Position numbers and translations under genes: made by a program | Assembly: GCA_001600815.1 (NCBI GenBank) | Contig: BCKZ01000008.1 | Coordinates: 1 to 64,000, forward strand | Direction: 5' to 3' | DNA from: Alloascoidea hylecoeti | Taxonomy: Eukaryota | DNA: 64,000 nucleotides | Part shown: piece after piece, positions 1 through 13,947 of the stretch | How the letters are laid out: each line of letters starts with the position of its first letter | Position numbering within the stretch: position 1 is the first letter of the stretch | Notes under the pieces: generated by a model | Database searches by the model: none | Seen by the model: only the letters and a program-made list of their open reading frames with translations | What the model was told of the DNA's origin: nothing

Positions 1-1279
1 GAGTACCTTTTATATAGGTAATAAGTACATTTGTTAAATTTTAAAATAGGTTTTAGTTATTGTGTTTCTTACGCATATAAACTCGCGGTTGGAACCCTCA
101 CGCACTAGGACTGAAAAATATTTTCTGCATATGAGAGAAACTTACTTGATTGAAGAAACTACTCATTTTATATTTGATCCCTAGATGAATTATGACTCAA
201 ATTTAGGAGGAAATAATGTAGAATTTAATAACCGACTTAAACACATATTAATATGAGGTGCAGTTCTTCCACTCGCTAGTATTTAGGAATTTGTTGGAAA
301 TATACGTACCATGTATACCGGTATATTGATAAGCTCTAGATCTTGGATATTTCAGTTGCCTATTAGCAACATTAATAAATTTATCCAATTAGTGAGTGGG
401 AAACAGTTGATATGATTAAATTATGTGAATAAATATGATCATATATGTGGGATTTTATAATTAATCCTCTTGTTATATTAATTAATAATTATTCAGAATC
501 CTAAGGTTGGAAATATTTAGCCACGTGATAGATGTAAATTGCAGCTGTCCAAAAAATTTCGGTGGTTCATGCACAGTCCGTTCGGCCAATCAGAGAAATA
601 TAGCTTGATTTTTGTCTCTGAGGGTAAGAGAAAATTGGGAATCCTACTGATTAGTGTCGTTTATTTTTCAAAATAGATTATTCCTCCCAAGAAAGCGTGT
701 ATAATTAGATTAGAAGTAGTGTACCACTAAAGAATGAATACCATGCTAGTTTTGCTAAATTTAGAGTGCTGTTTTGAGTTTCAAGAACTGTTCCCACAGA
801 ATAGAATATACTTTCATCAATTGATGAAATTTAGTATTCCAACTGTTACAATTACCTATATGTATCCAGATATAATATGTTGAGTTCAAATTAAGAAGAC
901 ATCTAAGAATAGTAGCTATACAATTGAAAGTTGACTAAATTATTGTATTTAAAGATATATTTATATAGCTTATAACAATACAGCTGAACATAGAAAAAGT
1001 ATAAACACAGTTGTACGCCTAAATAACACACACCAGCCACCTCTTAGATATATCAATTTAGTCACAGATTATACGCTACAAAGTTTTAAGTTATGAAAAT
1101 ATATTTTAGGAGAAAAGAAAGAAAGCTTCAGATTTTACATCGATGTATCTCCAATTACGCAGAATTTTAGGATTCATATGAATATTGCGGTTCAATCTTC
1201 TACCACCATTTTTCAATAGCTCATTCATCACCTTTGCATATTCAAGTTTAGAGTAAGAATTTGAGTTCACGCTGCCGAC

Positions 1280-1640
1280 AGACCTAGTATTTTCCCGAAG
1301 TTGATCAGTCCTCTTTTCTATGCTTCCCTGTAGTTTTATAAGGGCTGGTTCATCAATGCTGATGATCATTTTTTATACCTTCGAACTCTCAATTGAGTTC
1401 AGATCTGGACTATATGCAGACCACTACATCACTCCAAATCTCCCATCTTCAGAATAAAATCTAGTTTTCTGAACAGAAACATTATCTTGTATGAAGATTA
1501 TATATTTCCTGTGAAAATTTTGCTAAAGTTTTTGACGAGGTGAGGCACTTTTCGGAATTGTACCTGCCCACTGTTTCATGTATATTGTTTTACGATTTTT
1601 TTCAACGGAGAATCACGCTCAGCAAGCACCAAACGTGTTA
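1280..1640 (-). mobile_element. Degenerate Tc1/mariner (DDE_3-type) transposase fragment
   Basis: One minus-strand frame reads IFIQDNVSVQKTR...FGVM*WSAYSPDLNSIES..*KMIISIDEPALIKLQGSIEKR (about 1500 to 1310). This matches the Tc1 motifs FQQDNA..H, WP..SPDLNPIE and L..SM..R. It has in-frame stops, and GRYNSEK and VWC-like remnants lie upstream in shifted frames. Confidence 0.8.
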
Positions 1641-3514
1641 AGTGGACCTAGGTGTATTTATCAGCTTTCTTTCACAAGTTTTGTCATTTGGAATATAAGC
1701 AGTTTTATACATTAATTGCGTCAGGAACAAACTCACTGTAGTGTGGAATTCGAACGAGTTTAATATTTCAGAAATATCACGATTGGAGAGGCCAAAATTA
1801 GTTCCCATACTGTAAATTTGTATCTTATCATCTTCATTAAAGCGTCTCGGGTTTTACTAGCTTATCAAGAATCATTCTACAGGGTTTGTAATTATAATTA
1901 CACCTATAAAGTTGAGTTAATTCGTATTTTAAATGACTTTTTGGGAGGTAAAAAAAACAAAACAGGATTATGGATGTGAATATTTCACATTATTTTTGTA
2001 TGCACTTGGATATAGCCGTCTATAGAATCTTAAATTAAACACAATATAATATGCAAGCTGGATGTAATTAAAATAATTAAATAAGCTTTCTGTGACCAAA
2101 ATTTGAGTTTGGCGCATCACGTGAGTACATATTTTTCCTGAGGTAGTCTGGATTCTAGAATGTAATTATTAATGAAAGAAAGAACAACCATCCCTGGTGA
2201 TAATGAATGCTTATATTAATAGATGTAAACATGTAATATAGATAATCAATTGGATGTTTTCCGCTACTATTTCAAGCATGGATTATTTTTGTATGAAACA
2301 TCTGAAACAACCGTTTTTAATTGAATATTATGTTAGTTCCGCATCAAAAATCATTCTATCTTATGCTCAATTTTAGAGAATATCACTCCATGATTGTTAA
2401 TATATGGCTCTCGTCGACCATTTAAATGAGAATCATCAGATCTACCACTCCAATTCCTGCTATCTAGATATCCATAATACTCCATACGCATGTGTAAAAT
2501 CTCAAATTCGACATAACAACGGAGAGTCAGTAGCTGTTAATCACACATACAATGTACTACTATATGGTTAGAAAACAACATTTGAAGTAATGAATTACTT
2601 TAGCACTGGTGTCACCGTCCTACCACATGGTCACATAATGTTCTGTTTATTAATATTGTTATAATTTAATTAGCTATCATACTTGCTAATTATAATTGTA
2701 AAGCTTTCAAGAACATATTCAGTCATCAGCTTAGGTCTAAATTAGAAGTTTAATATCATACTGTTTTGAAAATTATAGATGGTTGACAACACTGATACCA
2801 ACACAGTTGAAACATCAGAACATGGATGGATGACCCTTCGTTGCAATATTGGTATTGATTTTCTAAAATGCAGTCCTATGGCATTTTACAGACACTGTAT
2901 ATACCTACTTCTTCATTTAATTCTAGTAATATTGTAATAAGAAATTGGAACCAATAAGACTTTTATGATCACCTCTTTTAACAGGTACGAATATGAGTTA
3001 ACTTAAGTTCAATTCGAAACATGTATTATAATCCCATATTCTATAACCAGTGCCTCGTTAGAAGGCTTGACTTAGTATTTATTTATGATGACAATCAATT
3101 GTTTTGATTTTGGAACTTCGAAAACCCAAGACAATAGTACTAAAACATATTGTATACCATCAATATCAGCTTAAATATATGCAGATGTATATTGGTATAG
3201 CTGTATAAGTTATACATCATATAAGAAAATATATCTTTAAATTTTATTATATATGTAAATATAATCCGTTAACTAACTAATAGGCCTATAGATAATAATG
3301 AACTGAATTCGAAATTAATTAAGCCCCAAAGATTTCTTTTAAATTATTAATATTATATCTGGATAAGCTTTATGAAACCTATATAAACTATAGGCCCCTA
3401 AACTAAACTATGGATCCATAATTTTGATACCTTACTTTCATCTTGCGATGTTAGATTTAATATTCAATAAATAAATAACGCTAAGAACGCCCAAACCACT
3501 ACAATATTCTATTC

Positions 3515-3990
3515 TATACGTATGTAAGAGGTTGGGAAGTCACCAAAATAGCACACTCGGCTATGTACAAGCAGACCTCCAACCTTGATTAGGGTATTTG
3601 AAGGCTCAAATTGTCCCCAGAAGGCCACTGACAGCTGGTTTACCTGTCAACTGTTTAAAATTTTTGGAACTGCATCATTCTAATGACGACGGTATCGGCA
3701 GCCTTTGGATATGAGAGTTTGTGGATTTTTGGGTGGTTGGCTCCACTGCTTTGTAAATTTTGGTTTTAGTTTTTCAGTAATCGGTGCTGCATTACGTTAT
3801 ATTAGAGCTTGGATGTTCTCCTCCTTTGAGGAGCTGAGAATCAGAAAGTGGCAAATGATATTTTCTTTGATGGTGATGACTGGTGTAAGACTGGTTTTGA
3901 CTTTAATGTTGTTTTAGCACTCAGTGTGCCAGGCTACCTCCTTCATTGATGATGATATTGGGACTCTATGTACCATACCAGCTAGTTGTG
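3515..3990 (-). mobile_element. Possible decayed non-LTR (LINE) reverse transcriptase fragment
   Basis: This island is GC-richer than its flanks. The minus frame with stops ends GDFPTSYIRIE (cf. LINE RT GFP..FI). The reverse complement of 3521-3540 (ACTTCCCAACC-TC-TTACATA) matches 49225-49242 inside the better-supported RT relic. Confidence 0.3.
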
Positions 3991-6900
3991 TGTGTGTGTG
4001 GTGTGCGTGATATAGTAATATTCTATAACGTTTAAATTTGTTTTATTTTCAGTAAATAAAGAAGATTAAGGTAAATTTAAATGTAATGCTCATATTGGAT
4101 ATTATGTATAATTTGTTGTGAACCTAACATTTCATAATTCTGGTTATAATCTTTTCTAACCGAATCAAGAATTAAGGTAGACACTAATACTCGTGTCAAT
4201 TATAGTCGTCCTCATTTATATTTCAATGGTATGTATATCAGCTTACTACTATAAGCTTACAGCTATTGATTATAACTTACTACCAAATTCAAACGAATAC
4301 TCCTTAATTATCAACTAGTAATCACAAACAACTAATTTCCTCATACACAATAAAATATATAAATACAGTGATGAGTAGGATCTCATATAATTAAGTTACA
4401 ATCAATTACAGCTATAACTCTAAATGATTAACCTGTTTAAAGACTCTCTAGATAGATTGACTTATTTCAAATTGATATTTAGAATATCACGGATATGTAT
4501 AGATTTACTAGGTTACCTATCAAGTTATGATGAGAAGAATAATTTTTTATAAGATTCGCTAGCGAGTTATAAAATAGCTAGACAAAATCAACTCCCTACA
4601 GCTACATGTGCGTATGAATATAATAGCTATTGTTTTGAATTTAGAGTTCATGGAATTATATCCAATTTTCCAAAAACACTCATTTTGTCAGTTTTATGGA
4701 TTTAATTAAAATTGATACTTTTGGTCTTTACATACTCTTTTGATTTTCCTATTTTTTTACAATATCCCTCATATATCATCCAAGTTTAGGATAATATAAA
4801 CGTAGCCTATATTAAACTTTATTCATTTTTAGACCTAGCAATCATAATGACTGTAATTATTCGTGCACATTCTTGTATCAGTTTTCTTCTTTTGATCATT
4901 TAACTAAGTATGGACATTTCAAGCCTAAAAAAATAATATTATCTTGTTGGCCACGGCTTTAAATAAATAATAGCCGGGTTTCTCGTTGTTTTATGCTTGT
5001 CAAGGAGCATAATTTGAACATAGTGAATCACTTACTATAAAACTTAATTGGTAGCTAAAAAAGAAAGAAGAATACACCTCAAGAATGTTACCCGCTCATA
5101 ACTATATGTATTTGCTTCTGTTTGAATCATTAATTTTCAGCTTAATTTTTATATTTGATAAGCTATATATATCATATTTGTTGCTGTAAACGAAGATGTA
5201 ATTAATCAAAAGTTTAGAAGTAGCTATAATTTAGTAGCCTTTATTGAATTGTTTTTAGCTTATTTTTATATAGAGCCCCTATATGTTTATAAAGTTACGC
5301 AATAATCCCTGGAGGAAGAAATATAATGTGCTGGTTTCATCCCCGTCTTCTTTGTTATGTTATAATTGCAAAGTATAGATAAACTACATAATCGAAAGCA
5401 TCCTGTACGTATGTTGAACACAGTTGTAATCATCGTGCCTTTATATATATAGTCCTATAGATAAAGAAATTTCACCTCAAAGAAAGAATGATAGATCATG
5501 AATAAAAATATTTGTTCTTTACCCGTATTGCGGAGAAGAGCAAATCTATATGATATCGACTATGATAATTTTTTTATTCTTACAATTACATACAGGTAGA
5601 TAGACTGATATTAAAATGGGTTATTGTGAATCGATTTAAATAACATTAATTGTACTCAACATGGAAAGTGTTATTTCCAACAGATCCAAATTTCAAATCA
5701 ATCTCAGGATAGTCTTCATATTGAAAAGTTTTTCTTTAAAATTTATAATTAGATGCAAATCTTAGAGCATTGAATTGAGCTTGATATTATATATAAATTG
5801 CAGAAATTTAACAAATTCAATTGCAATTGCAAACTAGAGCCCAATTAAAAAATATATCGATCTAGAGCAACAGAGTTAAATACCTAATTATAAATGATAT
5901 GAGTTACTCACTTACTAATATTGGTGATGAAGCCTTGTGGTTTTTAACATGTACAGGCTTTTTTATAGCCATAACATTTAAAGCAATGGGCATGAGTTTG
6001 AAATTCCGCCATCTATTATTTTCATTGTATAATGTATAGGCCCCTATATATATTATATTAATCGAAATTGGAGAGATTGGAAATATCATTATATTTAATC
6101 ATGGTCATGATGTGGATCCAGAGTTTTCGCAATTGAAATGTGACAATGACTACATATGATAGAATTGCTACCATACATCTAAGCCTAATTTTATAACAGC
6201 AAATTTAAACCTTCTATAATATCCATTGAATTTAAAAAATGAACAAAATATGCAAATATATTGCAATTGATTAATATTTACGGCGACTAATTGCGATAAT
6301 AATGATTTTATGTACTATTTAGTACCTACGGCGCAAATATCAGTATTAGGACTTGTGGTACTAAATATGGTTTCGTATACTCGAGCACTATTAAACAATG
6401 TTCAGCTTAAATATACTATATATTATAGTTTCTCTAATTGCTGGCGTAAATGAAATATTCAAATTTCACCTTGTTTTAAATCTTTATCGTATTTATTGTT
6501 TATTGGTGTACGTGTGAATGAACATCAATCTGTGTTAAAACTTACTACAAGAAAGTGATGATCATGAGTTATATTCCCGAGTTATAGTAGTTCCATGAAA
6601 AATACCTGTCAATAAACATCGTCCTTTAGGTAACTAGAGTAAATCACTCATAAGGTATATTTAAGTATTGGTAGTTGACTATGTGTGTTTGTTGGTTATT
6701 AAAGAAAGAGATATTTAAATGCTAGATTAAAACAGCAGTGTTTAATTTGACGATCTCTTTTTTCGGTATTTATTGACTATATCATTGATACTTGACACTT
6801 GTATAGCTTAATGATAATATGAAGTATGACATAATAGATATTCGTTATAAATTTATAATTAACTAGAGAGAGTTGGAGGAAAACACTTGGCAACATTAAA

Positions 6901-9900
6901 TTTTAAAGTTCTACGACTAAAAATATTATGTACCGTTGCAGCACCGATACTGGTACCGATTTAATTTTTCTAATCTACCAGCTGCAATTTCTATCTTATA
7001 CAATTTCAAAGTAAAACAAAACCACGCGTATACTGGTAGTAACTAATGGGATCATAATTATAATTATTAAGTTCAACTCAATTTCTTCGTTTTTCATTGG
7101 AGTTCCATAACCTAATTATAATTTTTAAGCCTGAGTAGTGGAATTATCATCTGTTGTTATTTGAATTTTTAATTATAAAGTTTAAATATATATCTACTAA
7201 TGGTCCACCATTGAGCCTAGCAATAATATTTTCTTTAACCCCATAATTAAAAGTATAAGATCTACCCTGCCATTTAATTCATACTATTCCATAGGATATA
7301 GTTATATGATTAAGGATATATAGTTATGAAATTATTTCATTCATAAGTACTTAAACTAGTTTCTTCATGTCCATAATTAATATTATAACATTTCTTCAGT
7401 TGACTTACAGTTTTAGCACTACAGCTATTAACTTCTAATATCTAAAAAGTGAAACTTCTAAAAGAGATAGGTATACATATGTTTTTTTTAATTATTAATG
7501 CCATTTATCCGATGTATAATGTGAGGAGATTTTACAGAAATCAATATTTGATTTGAGGTACCAATATCATTAAGAAAAATTGGGGTACCTGAATGTCATG
7601 ATCAATTTCTTTATTGTCAATATTAATATACTCTATGAGGGGCATATACCTGAAATTTGAAAAGAAGACACATTTGAGAATGTTCTTTGGTACCAAACAT
7701 ATAGGCCTATATCTATAGCTAGTCTAAAGTAGGTGGTACATATCCAAATAAAAAATTGCATAATCTGAATTGAGTGTTCTCAGTGCTGATAAACTAACCT
7801 ACTTATTGAAGTAAAGAGTCCGCTTGGCCTTTAATTTTGAACGTCAATTTGGTTCTATTATCAATAGCTGAATATCGCGATTGGCGCGAGACTCTGATCA
7901 CTTTATATTATCTATCGCTTATAGCTATTAGCTAGATAAGTCATCGTACATTCCCAATCCTAAATATTATTAAAGACAGGTGTGAATATGTGTGTAAATT
8001 AATAATAGAATAATTTTTGCTTATACAGTACTTAACTATAGGATATTGATGGGGTTGTAATTTTGTTAACTGATAGTTTCTCTGCGGCTGTTTAAAGCTT
8101 AACCTATTATCACTTAAGCTTATACCTATTTACTTCCATGCATATAAGCTTATATCTATAATATTCTATATATAACAATTTTAGGAAGTTCATTTGAAAT
8201 TCAATTAATTATAGAAATTACAATGAAATTATTTAACAAGGGATAATCTCTCATTTGGTGGATATATTCTTATTATTAGCCATATGTCTTAATTATAATT
8301 ATAAGCTTATACAAATCAACTTTGGTACATCCGTACTCTTAGATTCAAAATTGAATACGAGGTTTATGTATAGCACTGAAACTTGTTTTAGAGTTTTTTC
8401 ACTTCTATATATTTTATTCGGTTGGATAATGCTATATTTTCAAACTTCTAATTTTATTTACGGATGAATATAGATATACAAGTTATATTGGCATTGCAAT
8501 AAAACTTATATGACAATCTCAATTCAATATCGAATATACAAATACGTACTGCATGTGCAAGTCCAATTGTAAAAGTATACTTAATTATAGCTAGAAGTTT
8601 AGGTAGTTATAATCAGAGATTCAGAAGACACCAAACGGTATAAGCTTTATCCCACAACTGGGATTTCCTCTCCCGAGTCATCTAATCTTATCAAGGACTC
8701 TTAATTAACGACTACATTATAATTTATAAATAGTATAAAAGTGCATCTGGAAATTTCATTAATAAAATGACGCTGACGTTGACCCTTCTATCTAATAGTA
8801 TGGTATACTATAACTATAATCTAATTATAGTAATAATGTTGTTGATTTTATGAATAAGACCATATTAGCTATAAATACCGTAGGCGATTCATTATAATTA
8901 TATATAAATGAAGAATATCACTCTTTTATATAAAAAAACTCATATATGCATACGTGTATGCGGTCACATGATACTAATATAGTTACAATTAACTATGGGC
9001 CTGTAAATTTTAACAAACGTTTTGCATGAGCGATTGAATGGGTTTATATCAAAAAGATGGAGATCAAGAAAAGAGGCATACAAGCTTAAACCTAATAAGA
9101 TGAATCTTTAGAATAATATTTATGATTAACTCCAGGTAGGTGTCTGAGTGGAAAATGGCAGACAAGCATCGTAGCCTATATTATCATCGCGATATCTCAT
9201 TTTGTCGGCTGTTCATGAGGATTACAATTAGATGGGAAATTTTTCAAATGAGAAGAGACCTTAAGATGCTAGTTCTTGTATACTCTATCTTTTAACGTAA
9301 AAACATAATTGATCATGAGTATATTAATCTTAATATCTTAGGAGGCAACGAAGATCGCTGTATCATGCAATAATGTGTGAGTCTGTTTGTGTATTACATC
9401 AGTTGAAGTTGTAGACTTGTGGTGTCCCACAAACTTGAAGATTAACTAGCTAGTTATAATATTACTGGGGTATATCTTTAAGGTACTAACTTATGGATAA
9501 TCGTTGCTTTGCATGGCGATGTATTATATTAGGTGCCTTAAATAGTCGGGAACAAGCTAGCTATTGTAACGTTATAACAATAAGAGAATTGCATTTCTTC
9601 TAGATTTGGAATTGAAACTACAATAGGCATTAATTTATTAACAGCTGTTTGATCTGATCACTCTTTAAAATAAATTTCAATTTTATAAAGTTTGAGATCT
9701 AGAGCCTTATAGGTAAAAAATCTAGTGTACATATGTTAGATGACTCTCAGTTCTAGACCCGGAATAAAACATGCCTTTAGTGGAGCTTTCTTGACCTCAT
9801 AATTAATATGCTACTTAAATATAAAGGGTCAGGGTTTTATTTCTTGTCAGTTACAAGATATATAATACGTGTGGGACCGTGGGTATAATTTATAACTTCC

Positions 9901-12900
9901 AATTAGGTACCTGTCAAATTTAGTTCCTAGATTCCATGTTTGACAGAAGTACGAACTATCAACGTTATGAGCCTTATATGATATATATCCCATCAATTGC
10001 AAGCTTTTTTTTCTCATGCATTTCTAATAATTATCATAGCATATTTATATCTTCAGTTTCAACAATAGAAAGAGCCCGTTTTATTTTCAAGGTTGGAAAC
10101 ACAATATACCATCCTAGAGAATATACTCATTAAGCGAGAAGGTCGTATAGTTTAATATACCATACAGTTAAGTTATCTTATATGTATTCCTTTATATATA
10201 TATACCAGTACCATATCCCACCGATCGTGGATCTACAATTAGCAGTGTTTGTAACGACAAGTGTTATAGATCTAGAATAATTGATTATCGATTCGTGATA
10301 TATTATTAATTCATGGTAATCAAATAGACTAAAACTGGCAAGAAAACAACTCCCTGGCTTTATTCAAATTCTATTTATTATACGGAACAAGCACACAGTT
10401 TTAGTAAATTAATACACAGTATACAATGATTCCTAAACATGATGATCATTTATCATTTCAATTGAGTCTGAGATATTGATTTTATAATTGTTATAAACGC
10501 GGCATTATTCATATAAAATATTGTTTTTGTCTATTAACTCGTTTAAAAGATAATTAATCAGCGTGTATCACGTGTCACTATGTAAGTAGTCAGCCACAGT
10601 TTATTACTCGAGCTCCTAAGTTATGCCAATTGAGGATTCACACCACACATAGGATCTGTTCAGGTATATAAATTTGACAAGAGACTGAAGTATCGGATAT
10701 TTACATTTCCCAACTATTCTATGAAATTGTTTAAATGTGTGATTTGATCATGCTAGTGTTCGTCTATAAATGTATATTTAATATTATTAAGCTAATGATT
10801 ACCCAATCAAGTAAATCATTTGCTGTCTAAACAACTGTTTCATTTACAATATAAACATATATATATATAGTACCAAATAAGTACTGCTGTAGTCATATAT
10901 ACGGTGTTGTGTTATATCCACAGCTGGTGATTTTGTGAGCGAACGTTAACATCTATAATTAAGCCACTGGTGATTTATGTGTATATTATGGTGTGGAAGA
11001 AAATATAGAATTGGGTTTGTAAGATACTGTACCTAAAAAGCTTGTAATTGAGCACCATAATATGCTAGCTTCTAGACTTCACAGTGTCGGCGTTTATCGG
11101 TAGCGCTATATAATTTGTAGATATAGAAAACTAAATTTATTTACGCACCATGTATTCGGTACGTTCACGCCAAGAGTGTTATAAAATTTAATCGATTTAA
11201 AATTTTCTTTTTTTGATCATACAATATTAATTGCAATACTTTGAAAGCATCATTGTTTTACTTTAAATATGTGAGAAAACAGACGGAAAAAAAGTGAAGA
11301 CGTGCCAGGTGACTGGATATTTTTGAACTATGGAAGTCGTTGCCTTAGCGGCATAGAAACCTGATTATAATTATGAATCTAAGATAATTTATGTGTATCG
11401 ACAGTAAAACTTATGTAATAATATACTTAATTGGCGCAGTCAATATGATTCGAATCTTTTGTACCATGTGAATGGTCATGGATATTTCTCAATAAAGGGT
11501 AGCTACTAGTAGCTAGAGCCCTATATTCTTTGCAATTGAACGACACACATCTTTATATCCAGATGTTGTATAAATTCTCGAAGAGTGCTATTCATGTCTA
11601 ACATCCGCGTGATTTAGTAACAGATCAGTTGTATTAGCTTTTCAAGTTGCACGCCGCCGAACTTAAAAAAAGGTGGTTGCGGTTCTCACCACGTCATCGT
11701 ATCAGCACATTTTTCAAAAGTGGAAGAATTAAATTGCCGATCCCATGAAATACTTTAAATAATTGAATATTAAATAATTATTGCTAGCTATAATTAGCCA
11801 ACATCAGGAAATCCTAATTGCTGAAGTAAGAGGATTTTACCGAATTAAACGGACTCAAGCATATGTAGTCATACATCGAAAGTTTATTATTCCATGAAAT
11901 CAACTGCAGAGATTTTATGATTAAATAAGAAAATGCCAAAAATATCATTCAAGATATAATCTAATTAAAATTAATTAACAAAATTAATTAGTACTAATAA
12001 GCCCACTAACTAAAAGAACGATTTGTTGAAATTTGGCCAAAAGAAGACCATGTTCCAAAAAGGAGATCTCATATTTACCATGAAACTGCGGCTGCTTTGT
12101 TTTCAGACCTAGTTCCTAAGAATAGATTAAGCTTGTTTATTCATACCCTAAGGTTGCGATTAGAATTGTTGCAATTGGGGATTTTGAAAGGGAGCATTTA
12201 AATGCAACTAAATGACAAGTTTTAAGTATTAAATGTGGGAACAGTTTGGAGGATCAGGGCCGTGACGCCTACAATTTTTAAAAATTATCTAATCAAGTAA
12301 TACGAGCTACAAATAGAACAAGACAGCCGATTTACTTTTATGGCCATTATTGGTCGATCGTAGAGTACAAAAAGTAACAACATGTTGCTACTTTTCCTGT
12401 TTCCACTACCACTGGAGATAATAAAAGGCTTATTTTTTTTCCTTCTGGGACAAAATTGAAATGTACCTCTGAATTGATAGCTAGCTATAGCTAGTGCCCA
12501 ATATTACCTAAAGAGGCGTATTGATATATATGCCGTAGGTACAAAGCGAAATCTCTTTGTAATTGGAGTATTTTAACTGTCGCAAGTGGAATGAAAAAAA
12601 AGACAATCAAATTCATAAAGGGCTACAGCTTTATAATTACAGGTACTACATGTAGTAATCTAAGTTGTCCGGACACCCGCAAAATGGCGGAATATTACAC
12701 ATTTAACGCTGCCAGCTCCAAGTCCTCGTTATCAAGGATTCAGGTAAACTTCTGCGAGGGCAGCAAAAACAATATTATGTTGAGCCGTGATGGTGAGAGT
12801 AACGAGGAGGAGGGTATTAATAATTATCATAAATAGACTTATAATTATAATTAGAATCAAACGGCATAATTAGTATTATTTTGAGTGCGACATAGTTATT

Positions 12901-13139
12901 AATTAATAGTATAATATCCGCTATGTTCTATCATGATCAATCGCCAATTGGCAAATAGCGAGTAGTGATATTTATTAGATATGTAATTGCAATAATAAAT
13001 TATTGTATATGTTTTCAAATATATTTTAGACGTACATACCCATATACATATGCATATACATTGCATACACATATTTTTAATTTTTACTCGAGTTATTTCC
13101 CATAATTTATTTTATATTATTAAACTCGAGTTTTAACTT

Positions 13140-13330
13140 TTTTCATTTATACCCTTGCTGATTTATGTCTTTCTTTTCTTCCTTTTATTCTTTCTTTATT
13201 CTCTTTTCTTTTCTTTTCCTTTCCAATATTTAGTTAAATCCACACTTTCCCGTTGATTTACTTTTCTCTACTCTTTTTCCATCTGAAATCCTCCTCTGTT
13301 TCACTTGTTACCTTACTCATACGGGATTAT
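13140..13330 (+). promoter_or_regulatory. Pyrimidine-rich (C/T) tract, probable core promoter/5' leader region of the gene at 13948
   Basis: Long run of TTTTC/TTCC/CTC units about 620-800 bp upstream of the ATG, typical of fungal transcription-start regions. Confidence 0.4.
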
Positions 13331-13947
13331 TTGCCGCTGGTGAACACCTTTTCAGTCACCTATCTCCGGCTTGCAACTCACTAACATCAATTGACCGGAA
13401 TATACCTCCTGCTAAATATTTATCAGAGGCCCAGGTGTTTTTATCCGTCAACCCCTTAAAATTAAAATTGCCTAACCTTTTTTTTTACTTTCCCAAGTCA
13501 AGTCAAACCTTCTTCATAGTTTGACAAAGCTTAAACGTCCAGCAGGGATAAAAGACTAGGATCGATTTTAACCTGTTCATTCATCCCGGATCCTGGACCA
13601 CTGCGCATACGTTATTTGCTTCCAAAAATCATTCTCTTTTTTTCATCACTGCCTTATAATTAAGCTTCCTGGGGACCAACCTAGTGTTATATAAGAGTAT
13701 ATATATATACGAGAAGGGTATAAGTGGCAGATATCCTTTATATTTCTGACGACCCTGAACAACTGGACCTTCTCTCACATAAACTATATCCTTAGACTTC
13801 GGTTTACTGATCTTCGCACACGGCTGTTCAAAACCAGAGACATTCCTCAAATACTTCTGTTCATCTTATAATAAAAAGGTTGACACTTATTTAAACATCT
13901 TAGGTTTATTTTCAAACAAAATTTAGAGGTATCATATTTTTTAAGAA

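Noticed and set aside
979..1740. TACAG.../...CTGTA as terminal inverted repeats of the Tc1 relic
   Set aside because: Similarity does not extend convincingly beyond the first five bases.
9133..9230. tRNA A-box-like GGTGTCTGAGTGG with a TGTCTG/CAGACA hairpin
   Set aside because: No B-box or acceptor stem follows.
2116..10574. CDEI/Cbf1-like RTCACRTG sites at 2116, 8963 and 10567 as a point centromere
   Set aside because: No very AT-rich CDEII followed by a CDEIII CCG element was seen.
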